Assembly (NCBI GenBank): GCA_015163875.1
Contig: JAAOIH010000003.1
Coordinates: 10,347-74,346, forward strand
Reading direction: 5' to 3'
DNA length: 64,000 bases
Source of the DNA: Bdellovibrionales bacterium
GTDB taxonomy: Bacteria; Bdellovibrionota; Bdellovibrionia; Bdellovibrionales; UBA1609
A model generated the notes under the pieces. It was given only the letters and a program-made list of their open reading frames with translations. It was not told the origin of the DNA and made no database searches. A program made the position numbers and the translations under genes. Below are positions 57,401 to 64,000 of the stretch, one piece after another; position 1 is the stretch's first letter; every line of letters begins with the position of its first letter.

Positions 57401-57931
57401 CTAAATTAAATTTTTAACCTGTGTAAAATTTAGCTCAACCGAAGTTGGCCTTCCAAAAATACCCACTGTAACTTTTAATTTCATTTTATCCTCTGACACT
57501 TCTTCAACAACTGCATCAAATCCATTAAATGGTCCGTCTATAATAGAAATGGACTCTCCAACAGAAAAAGTAACTGCAACACTAACGCTTTTAGCTCCTT
57601 CTTGAACTTGTTTTGTTACTTTTATAACTTGATCTTCTGGAACTGGTTGAGGTTTGCCCTTTCCAACAAAGCCTCCAACTTTTGGAGTGTTTTTAACTAC
57701 ATGCCAAGAGCTTTCTGTTAAAACCATTTGAATAAAAATATATCCTGGAAAAAAAGTGCGGTCTTTTTCTTTCTTTTTACCTCGTGAAACTTCAACTACC
57801 CTTTCGCTTGGAATTAAAATTTCTCCAAAGTTATCTTCTAAATTTTTTAATTTAACCTGTTCTAAAATAGAGGCTTTGGCTTTAACTTCTTGCCCCCCAA
57901 CAGTATTAATAATATACCACTTTTTTTCCAC
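57401..57931 (-). CDS. nusG: transcription termination/antitermination factor NusG
   Basis: KKWYIINTVGGQE NGN-domain start and a C-terminal KOW domain. I prefer the GTG at 57931 (preceded by GGGGT) to the track's TTG at 57958, which adds a non-conserved MLFCIFGVK and has no RBS. Confidence 0.88.
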   Translation of the reverse strand: MEKKWYIINTVGGQEVKAKASILEQVKLKNLEDNFGEILIPSERVVEVSRGKKKEKDRTFFPGYIFIQMVLTESSWHVVKNTPKVGGFVGKGKPQPVPEDQVIKVTKQVQEGAKSVSVAVTFSVGESISIIDGPFNGFDAVVEEVSEDKMKLKVTVGIFGRPTSVELNFTQVKNLI

Positions 57932-58013
57932 TTTTACCCCAAAAATACAAAATAACAAAAAATAAATACAGACTTAGTTACATCTATTTTTGATTTAATG
58001 CAATTAGTATTTT

Positions 58014-58391
58014 TTAATTAACAAAATAACTTAAAGTACTACTTGCTACTACATCAAAAATTCCCAAAACAACACCTGAAATTAAAAGCATAATACAACA
58101 AACTACTGTCATAGCAATTATTGCCTGTTTTCCACTCCAAACTACCTTTCCAGCTTCTTGAACAGCCTCTTTTAGCAATGTTTGTGCGTTAGTATTAAAT
58201 TGTAAAATTAAAAATACTAAAAATGCTGCAAAAATAGGAAATCCATGGCTAAACCAATCTTTTTCATAAAGAACTGCAACTGATCCAAACACTGCGCTTA
58301 AAAGTTCTAGTAAAATACTAACAACAAATCCAACCAAAATAGAAAAGCTTAATACAGAGATAGTAATAATTTTTTTATATATAGTTTTCAT
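58014..58391 (-). CDS. secE: preprotein translocase subunit SecE (three-TM form)
   Basis: Position between tRNA-Trp and nusG. The C-terminal segment LLKEAVQEAGKVVWSGKQAIIAMTVVCCIMLLISGVVLGIFD matches the SecE signature plus TM helix. Confidence 0.75.
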   Translation of the reverse strand: MKTIYKKIITISVLSFSILVGFVVSILLELLSAVFGSVAVLYEKDWFSHGFPIFAAFLVFLILQFNTNAQTLLKEAVQEAGKVVWSGKQAIIAMTVVCCIMLLISGVVLGIFDVVASSTLSYFVN

Positions 58392-58407
58392 AATATATCC
58401 TTAAAAG

Positions 58408-58484
58408 TGGCAGGACAGGAAGGATTCGAACCCTCAACCTATTGATTTGGAATCAACCGCTCTACCAATTCGAGCTACTGTCCT
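58408..58484 (-). tRNA. tRNA-Trp (CCA)
   Basis: Hand-folded on the reverse complement: acceptor AGGACAG/CTGTCCT, D arm GCTC-GAATTGGTA-GAGC, anticodon arm GTTGA-TTCCAAA-TCAAT, T loop TTCGAAT, encoded CCA. Confidence 0.9.
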
Positions 58485-58485
58485 A

Positions 58486-58516
58486 AATAAAAAACTTAGA
58501 AAAATATATCTCTAAG
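58486..58516 (-). terminator. candidate rho-independent terminator after tuf
   Basis: On the minus strand: CTTAGA, a 10-nt loop, TCTAAG, then TTTTTTATTT. The stem is short (6 bp). Confidence 0.45.
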
Positions 58517-58543
58517 ATTTTATAAATTTATTAAAAACAATAG

Positions 58544-59734
58544 CTATTCAATAATTGAGGAAACAACCCCTGCACCAACAGTACGGCCACCCTCACGAAT
58601 TGCAAATCTTAATCCTTTCTCCATTGCTATAGGTGCGATTAATTCTACAGTTACATCAATATTATCACCTGGCATAACCATTTCTACGCCTTCTTTTAAA
58701 GTCACAACACCTGTAACATCTGTTGTTCTAAAATAAAACTGAGGTCGGTATCCATTAAAAAATGCAGTGTGACGACCACCCTCATCTTTTTGTAAAATAT
58801 AAGCTTCGCACTTAAATTTTTTGTGAGGAGATATGCTTCCAGGTTTGCATAAAACTTGTCCTCGTTCTACTTCTTCTTTTTTAACACCACGAATTAAACA
58901 ACCAGCATTGTCGCCAGCCTTTCCTTCATCAAGAAGTTTTCTAAACATTTCAATACCTGTAACTGTAGTTTTTTGAGTGTCTTTGATTCCTACAATTTCA
59001 ACTTCTTCTCCAACTTTAACAATACCTTTTTCAATACGGCCAGTTACAACAGTACCACGGCCTGAAATAGAGAAAACATCCTCTACCGGCATTAAAAATG
59101 GCTTGTCTACTTCTCTTGCTGGAGTTGGAATATATTTATCAACCTCTGCCATTAATTTTACAATAGATGGAGCCCCAATGTCAGAAGTGTCACCCTCTAA
59201 AGCTTTTAATGCAGAACCTTGAATAATAGGGATTTTATCTCCTGGAAATTCGTATTTAGATAAAACTTCTCTAATTTCTAATTCAACTAATTCTAATAAT
59301 TCTGGATCGTCTACTTGGTCTACTTTGTTCATAAAAACAACCATAGATGGAACGCCAACTTGTTTTGCTAATAAAATATGTTCACGAGTTTGGGGCATAG
59401 CTCCGTCTGCTGCAGAAACTACTAAAATAGCTCCGTCCATCTGTGCTGCGCCGGTAATCATATTTTTTACATAATCGGCATGGCCAGGACAATCAACATG
59501 GGCATAATGTCTGTTTTCTGTAGAATATTCTACATGCGAAGTTGCGATAGTAATACCGCGCTCTCTTTCTTCTGGAGCTTTATCAATGTCATCGTAATTC
59601 ATAGCCGTTGCACCACCAGACTCTGCAAGAACTTTAGTAATTGCTGCTGTTAAAGTAGTTTTACCATGATCCACATGTCCAATCGTACCTATATTAATGT
59701 GTTCTTTACTTCGATCAAATTTCTCTTTAGCCAT
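58544..59734 (-). CDS. tuf: elongation factor Tu
   Basis: Canonical EF-Tu from [34 protein letters not shown] lies upstream of the ATG at 59734. The 17 extra N-terminal codons in the track ORF are not conserved EF-Tu sequence. Confidence 0.95.
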   Translation of the reverse strand: MAKEKFDRSKEHINIGTIGHVDHGKTTLTAAITKVLAESGGATAMNYDDIDKAPEERERGITIATSHVEYSTENRHYAHVDCPGHADYVKNMITGAAQMDGAILVVSAADGAMPQTREHILLAKQVGVPSMVVFMNKVDQVDDPELLELVELEIREVLSKYEFPGDKIPIIQGSALKALEGDTSDIGAPSIVKLMAEVDKYIPTPAREVDKPFLMPVEDVFSISGRGTVVTGRIEKGIVKVGEEVEIVGIKDTQKTTVTGIEMFRKLLDEGKAGDNAGCLIRGVKKEEVERGQVLCKPGSISPHKKFKCEAYILQKDEGGRHTAFFNGYRPQFYFRTTDVTGVVTLKEGVEMVMPGDNIDVTVELIAPIAMEKGLRFAIREGGRTVGAGVVSSIIE

Positions 59735-59883
59735 GCTTCCTCCTAATGGTATTTTACTAGCTGTGACATTGTTATATTCCAACAAACACCTTGTTTCTAC
59801 ATTTAAAAAATGTCAAGCTTTTTTGGAATAGCAAAAAGGTCTTTTTAAAATATCAAACAGACATTTTTTTTAAAATATCAAAA

Positions 59884-59958
<75 letters not shown>

Positions 59959-59968
59959 GTTAGTTTTA

Positions 59969-60054
59969 AAATAAATCTTTATAAAGTTAGACCTATTGCT
60001 CAGGCACTCCTGCGGAGTGAGTCGCAATAGGTCTAACTTTATAAAGATTTATTT
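59969..60054. repeat. palindromic element A: perfect 31-bp stem around a GC-rich 24-nt loop
   Basis: 59969-59999 is the exact reverse complement of 60024-60054. The loop at 60000-60023 is TCAGGCACTCCTGCGGAGTGAGTC and contains the mini-palindrome CACTCC-TGC-GGAGTG. Confidence 0.95.
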
Positions 60055-60122
60055 AAAGATTAAAAATTTATTTCTGGGGCTCTCTGCAGAAAGATTTATT
60101 TAAAGATTAAAAAATTTATTTC
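60043..60122. repeat. 2 x ~32-bp direct repeat AAAGATTTATTTAAAGATTAAAAATTTATTTC
   Basis: Copies at 60043-60074 and 60090-60122 (the second has one extra A). Copy 1 overlaps the right arm of element A. A third partial copy (ATTAAAAAAATTTATTT) lies in the left arm of element B. Confidence 0.9.
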
Positions 60123-60137
60123 ACTTTTCTCTACAAT

Positions 60138-60237
60138 AAAAATTAAAAAAATTTATTTTTAGCCTGTCCAATTGCGACTCACTCCGCAGGAGTGCCGGAG
60201 CAGTTGGACAGGCTAAAAATAAATTTTTTTAATTTTT
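60138..60237. repeat. palindromic element B: 38-bp stem (one T:G position) around a 24-nt loop that is the reverse complement of loop A
   Basis: 60138-60175 pairs with 60200-60237. The loop at 60176-60199 is GACTCACTCCGCAGGAGTGCCGGA, the reverse complement of loop A except for one base. Confidence 0.95.
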
Positions 60238-60287
60238 TGTGAGTTTGACAGGGGGTTTTTGTTGGTGTTTAAATTAGTTTACTCTTA

Positions 60288-60363
60288 GCGGGAGTAGCTC
60301 AATTGGTAGAGTATCAGCCTTCCAAGCTGAGGGTTGCGGGTTCGAGACCCGTCTCCCGCTCCA
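60288..60363 (+). tRNA. tRNA-Gly (TCC)
   Basis: Acceptor GCGGGAG/CTCCCGC, D arm GCTC-AATTGGTA-GAGT, anticodon arm TCAGC-CTTCCAA-GCTGA, T loop TTCGAGA, encoded CCA. Confidence 0.9.
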
Positions 60364-60466
60364 AATTTTTTTGATCCGAGGTCATGACCCTCAAATATGG
60401 GTTTATTGGTAGTTTATGATTTTTAAAATTATTTGCAAATATTTAATAATTATTACTTAATGTGGT

Positions 60467-61975
60467 ATGTATTTTAAAATAAAAAATAATTCTGCTTTAA
60501 TTATTATCCTTGCTTTGGCTTCTTGCCAAAATTCTTCTGACTTAAAATTTAAAAATCATATTAAAATAGGCATAGAGCAAAAAATAAAAAATCTTAATCC
60601 ATTAAAAGCTACAGCGGCCTTGGATATGCGATTGGGAGGTTTAATATTTAGCTCATTTGTTAAGCTTGATAAAAACCTTACTGTTACTGGAGATTTGGCC
60701 AAATCTTGGAGCTATAAAAATAATATTTATACTTTTTTGTTAAAAAAAAATATTCGTTTTTCCAATGGGAGGGGTCTGACTAAAGAGGATATTGTTTTTA
60801 GTTTTAATGCGTTTAAAAATCCTAAATGTATTTTTCATCATGCTTTTTCTGTTATAAAAAAAGTAAGTGTAAAAAAAAATTTAAAAACTAAAAGTTTTAT
60901 TGTTAAATTATTTTTAAAAAAATCTTCTGCAAAGTTTTTAAGGGCAGACCTCCCTGTTTTAAAAATTTTACCTAAAAAAGAATTTTTACAAAATAAAGAT
61001 TCTTTTAATCAACTTCCAATTGGGACTGGCTCTTATTATATAAATAAAGCCAAGTCTTATAACATTGAGTTAAAACCAAATGTCCACTCAAAAAATCCTG
61101 GAAAAACTTCTTTATTATTTAAAGTTGTGCATGATAATACCACTCGTTATCAAAAATTACTAAAACAAGATATCGATATAAGTTTTAATAATACAGAAAT
61201 TATTAAAGTAACCGAACTTAAAAAAAATTCTGATTTTAAAATTTACACAAGCCCTGGATTGTCGGTTGTTTATTTACTTTTAAATTTAAAGCATCCTCTT
61301 ATTTCACAAATTAATATGCGAAAAGCTATTAAAAATAGCTTAGATGTAAAAAAAATTATTAAATACAAATTAAAAGGTTTTGCAAGTCACGCGCGATCTT
61401 TATTAAACCCTAATCATTTATTTTTTAACACTAAATTAAAAACTTATAATTTTAATTTAAAAAAAGCAAAAAAGTTTTTACAAAAAATACATTTATCTCC
61501 AATAACTTTAAAAGTTAGTAGCAAACCTAGCTCGATTAATTTTGGAAAAATTTTATCTCAGCAAATTAAACAATCTGGAATAAATATTAAATTAAAAAGT
61601 TTGGAATGGGGTATTTTATATAAAGATTTAAAAAATTCTAATTTTGACATTGCTCTTATGAGCTGGTCTGGAGTAATTGACCCAGACATTTACCGCATAG
61701 CCTTTCATAGTTCTGAGTGGCCTCCAGGCAGAAATAGATCTTTATATAAAAACTTAAAATTAGATAAACTTTTAGAGCGCGGCATATATGCTTTAAATTT
61801 AAATAGTAGAAAAAAAATATACAACCAAGTGCAAAAAATTATATCAAAAGATGTTGCAGTTATACCTTTGTGGCATAAAAAACAAATTATCATAAGTCAC
61901 AAAAATATCTTGGGTCTTGTGCCATCTTTAACAGAAAGTTTTTCGCCTTTAGTTAATGTTATCAAAAAAAAATAG
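60467..61975 (+). CDS. ABC transporter substrate-binding lipoprotein, family 5 (peptide/nickel type)
   Basis: Lipobox ILALASC. SBP_bac_5-like sequence (LTVTGDLAKSW, GTGSYYI, WSGVIDPD). No permease or ATPase genes are adjacent. Confidence 0.8.
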   Translation: MYFKIKNNSALIIILALASCQNSSDLKFKNHIKIGIEQKIKNLNPLKATAALDMRLGGLIFSSFVKLDKNLTVTGDLAKSWSYKNNIYTFLLKKNIRFSNGRGLTKEDIVFSFNAFKNPKCIFHHAFSVIKKVSVKKNLKTKSFIVKLFLKKSSAKFLRADLPVLKILPKKEFLQNKDSFNQLPIGTGSYYINKAKSYNIELKPNVHSKNPGKTSLLFKVVHDNTTRYQKLLKQDIDISFNNTEIIKVTELKKNSDFKIYTSPGLSVVYLLLNLKHPLISQINMRKAIKNSLDVKKIIKYKLKGFASHARSLLNPNHLFFNTKLKTYNFNLKKAKKFLQKIHLSPITLKVSSKPSSINFGKILSQQIKQSGINIKLKSLEWGILYKDLKNSNFDIALMSWSGVIDPDIYRIAFHSSEWPPGRNRSLYKNLKLDKLLERGIYALNLNSRKKIYNQVQKIISKDVAVIPLWHKKQIIISHKNILGLVPSLTESFSPLVNVIKKK

Positions 61976-62024
61976 TTAATATTAATTAAATAAAAAATTT
62001 ACTTAAAAAAAGTTAAAAACAATT

Positions 62025-62282
62025 TTAATTTAACGGCACTTTAAGAGAAATTAAAAAATCTAACGACTTTATAGCATATTTATTAGATGGCTTTACTGCA
62101 AATTTATGCCCCTCTAAAAATACTAATGAATTTGATCTTAGTTTTTTTGGGCTGACAATATATATAGATGCCAGATCTCTAGATGGCTTAAATTTTAATT
62201 GCTTATTATAGTCTGTGTTCCTAGCCAATAGGCTTATTGGAAAAAGTGCGATGCTGATGCTTGCAATAATAATTTTAGTCAT
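62025..62282 (-). CDS. small exported hypothetical protein
   Basis: 85-aa ORF with N-terminal hydrophobic segment MTKIIIASISIALFPISLLA and AAGGAG upstream. Confidence 0.4.
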   Translation of the reverse strand: MTKIIIASISIALFPISLLARNTDYNKQLKFKPSRDLASIYIVSPKKLRSNSLVFLEGHKFAVKPSNKYAIKSLDFLISLKVPLN

Positions 62283-62381
62283 ATAAAACTCCTTGCAATA
62301 TATTTCGGCTAGACTAGACTAAAGTTTATTATAATTTTTAAAAAATGATGAAAAGTATGTCAAATTTTTATACAATTTTGC

Positions 62382-64000
62382 ATGTCTCAACATAAAAATC
62401 TTTTTCCGCTAAGCTCTGACAACATTAAACACTCTGTTAACTTAAGCAAAACAAAACTAAACTTTGTAGAACCAAAAGCTATTAGGGCGCTTGTTGCGTT
62501 AATGGATATGAATGCAACTTTGGGAGGTGCAGCCAGCCATTTTGGTGGTCCGTCTGCTTTTGCAGAAATTTTTTCTAGCGTTTTTCAATCAATGATAAGC
62601 AATTCAGAAAAAGATAATAAAAAATATTTTGAAAAATTTCATTTTATTAATGATGCCGGTCATTGCGAAAATGCACTCTACGCATTAAGACATTGCTATG
62701 GTCAATTAAGTTTGCAAGATTTAAAAGGATTTAGAAGCAAGCAAAGTAAATTAACAGGACACGGCGAAAATCATATTTTTCCAGAAGGAGTTTATTTAAG
62801 TAATGGACCGCTTGGCTCAAGCTTGGCAATTGCGCAAGGGCTGGCAGTTGCTGAAAAATTAAATAAAACTAATAAAATAAGTATAGTTAGTATTTCTGAC
62901 GGAGCTTGCATGGAGGGGGAGGCAAAAGAGGCTTTGTCTTCTATCCCCGGTTTATATAAAAAACAAAAAATGTCTCCTTTTATTTTATTAATTAGTGACA
63001 ACAACACTAAACTTTCTGGCCGTATAGATGAGGGGTCTTTTTGCATGAAGCAAAACTTAGAAAATTTAAAAAACATAGGATGGGAATATAAAAAAATACA
63101 AAATGGAAATAATCTTTTGGAGGTATCTTGTGCAATTGATGAAGCTATTGCAGCTGCATCAAATAATATAATAAATAAACCAATAGCTTTACACTTTTGC
63201 ACAGTTAAAGGCTTTGGAACAAAAGACACTGTTAGCTCTTCTTCTGGAGCCCATGGATTTCCTTTAAAAAAACCTACGCAGCTTTCTGATTTTTTATCAG
63301 AAATTTATTCTCAAAAAAATAATGGAAGTGCATCTACTAATATTGTTCCAAAAATATTTACAGATTGGATGTCTGAACTGATTAAAGATTATGATAAAGA
63401 GCAAAGCTCTTTAAAAAAAAATACTAATATAGATAAAAAAGAAAAAATTCAAGCAGGCGTTAGCAAAGCTTTAATTAGGGCTAAAACAGAAGGTTTAAAA
63501 ATTTTTTCTGTAAGTTCTGACTTGCAAGGTTCAACTGGGTTAAAAACTTTTCATGATAATTTTCCTAATGACTTTATAGATATTGGAGTTGCGGAATCAA
63601 ATATGATTAGCTTAGCTGCTGGATTATCAAAAGAGGGGTTTATTCCAATAACAGATACTTTTGCTCAATTTGCAATAAGCAAAGGTTGGTTGCCACTTGC
63701 AATGGCAAATTTGTCGCAAGCTCCAGTGATTGGAATTTTTTCTCATATAGGATTTCAAGATGCAGCCGATGGAGCGTCTCACCAAAGTTTACAATACTTA
63801 GCTTTAACTTGCAGTTTGCCAAATACAGAAGTTTATTGTTTAAGTTGCAGCTCAGAATCTGAAGAATTAGTTTATCAAAGTATTGTGCAGTTTAATAAAG
63901 ATAGAAAAGATGGAAAAATTCCCAAAACTTATTTATTTTTTTTAGGAAGAGAAAACTTTTTACCATCTTATACAAAAAATAATGATTATAAGTTAGGACA
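62382..64000 (+). CDS. transketolase-family thiamine-diphosphate enzyme, divergent; 3' end outside the window
   Basis: Not in the ORF track because it runs off the edge. Hand translation from the ATG at 62382 is open to nt 64000 (539 codons). Motifs: GHGEN...SNGPLGSSLAIAQGLAVAE, ISDGACMEGEAKEAL, DIGVAESNMISLAAGLS, FSHIGFQDAADGASHQ. Confidence 0.8.
   Translation, partial: MSQHKNLFPLSSDNIKHSVNLSKTKLNFVEPKAIRALVALMDMNATLGGAASHFGGPSAFAEIFSSVFQSMISNSEKDNKKYFEKFHFINDAGHCENALYALRHCYGQLSLQDLKGFRSKQSKLTGHGENHIFPEGVYLSNGPLGSSLAIAQGLAVAEKLNKTNKISIVSISDGACMEGEAKEALSSIPGLYKKQKMSPFILLISDNNTKLSGRIDEGSFCMKQNLENLKNIGWEYKKIQNGNNLLEVSCAIDEAIAAASNNIINKPIALHFCTVKGFGTKDTVSSSSGAHGFPLKKPTQLSDFLSEIYSQKNNGSASTNIVPKIFTDWMSELIKDYDKEQSSLKKNTNIDKKEKIQAGVSKALIRAKTEGLKIFSVSSDLQGSTGLKTFHDNFPNDFIDIGVAESNMISLAAGLSKEGFIPITDTFAQFAISKGWLPLAMANLSQAPVIGIFSHIGFQDAADGASHQSLQYLALTCSLPNTEVYCLSCSSESEELVYQSIVQFNKDRKDGKIPKTYLFFLGRENFLPSYTKNNDYKLG

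Noticed and set aside
59735-59785. N-terminal extensions in the track ORFs for tuf (17 aa), gpmA (13 aa, 23503-23541), nusG (9 aa, 57932-57958) and the 43007 ORF (7 aa)
   Set aside because: The conserved protein N-termini and better-placed SD sequences support the downstream starts. The track simply reports the longest ORF.
59786-59883. Promoter calls in the tuf/tRNA-Thr divergent region (a perfect TTGACA on the minus strand at 59816-59811, and two copies of TTTTTAAAATATCAAA)
   Set aside because: No acceptable -10 hexamer lies at 16-19 bp from the TTGACA. In such AT-rich DNA, -10-like hexamers are everywhere, so I cannot support specific promoter coordinates.
59969-60237. Palindromic elements as an IS or transposon
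   Set aside because: There is no transposase ORF inside or nearby, and the ~195-bp interval between the inverted cores is non-coding. Only a non-autonomous (MITE/REP-like) interpretation remains, and that is reported as a finding rather than called as a mobile element.
60374-60392. Near-palindrome CCGAGGTCATGACCCTC (core GGTCATGACC) after tRNA-Gly
   Set aside because: It is short and isolated, with no U-tract and no second copy in the window. There is not enough to call it a terminator or an operator.
62792-63822. Two minus-strand ORFs (62792-63229 and 63640-63822)
   Set aside because: Both lie antisense within the long transketolase-family frame, which has clear conserved motifs. They are shadow ORFs.

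Overview
This is a visibly AT-rich bacterial chromosomal window (I did not compute GC). It is densely coded and mostly housekeeping. I saw no transposase, integrase, CRISPR array, rRNA or recognisable defence system.

Gene content, left to right:
- A partial repetitive beta-strand protein, then a lysine-rich histone-H1-like protein with a Cys/His C-terminal module.
- A complete Alternative Complex III operon (actABCDEF), running straight into thrS and infC.
- A ~4.8 kb block (AGCS symporter, signal-peptide-bearing glutamate dehydrogenase, two hypotheticals, a long TTTAG microsatellite) that separates infC from rpmI-rplT.
- A five-gene lower mevalonate pathway cluster (fni, HMG-CoA reductase, phosphomevalonate kinase-like, diphosphomevalonate decarboxylase, mevalonate kinase).
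- gpmA, a secreted S1 protease, and a dihydroorotase-like gene in an apparent operon with two exported hypotheticals.
- tRNA-Met(CAT), followed by three exported or membrane hypotheticals.
- rimP-nusA-infB-rbfA-truB, an S41 peptidase, rpsO-pnp, dut, miaA, gmk, rpoZ and a secreted EEP nuclease.
- cysS, uvrB, class I aldolase, lysS, recG.
- On the minus strand, tuf, tRNA-Trp, secE, nusG, rplK, rplA and rplJ, with no rplL downstream.
- tRNA-Thr and tRNA-Gly flanking an unusual pair of long perfect palindromes.
- An orphan family-5 solute-binding lipoprotein, and a divergent transketolase-family gene that runs off the right edge and is missing from the ORF track.

ACIII, the mevalonate pathway and the many secreted hydrolases would fit a Bdellovibrionota/Oligoflexia-like lineage, but that is only a guess.

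The most unusual signals are:
- the paired palindromic elements at 59.97-60.24 kb;
- the (TTTAG)n microsatellite upstream of a secreted protein;
- a GDH with a Sec signal peptide;
- a 137-codon open frame with no canonical start (probable ATT start);
- the split infC / rpmI-rplT and rplJ / rplL syntenies;
- recurrent short tandem repeats abutting ribosome-binding sites.

I cannot point to a convincing novel multi-gene system here.
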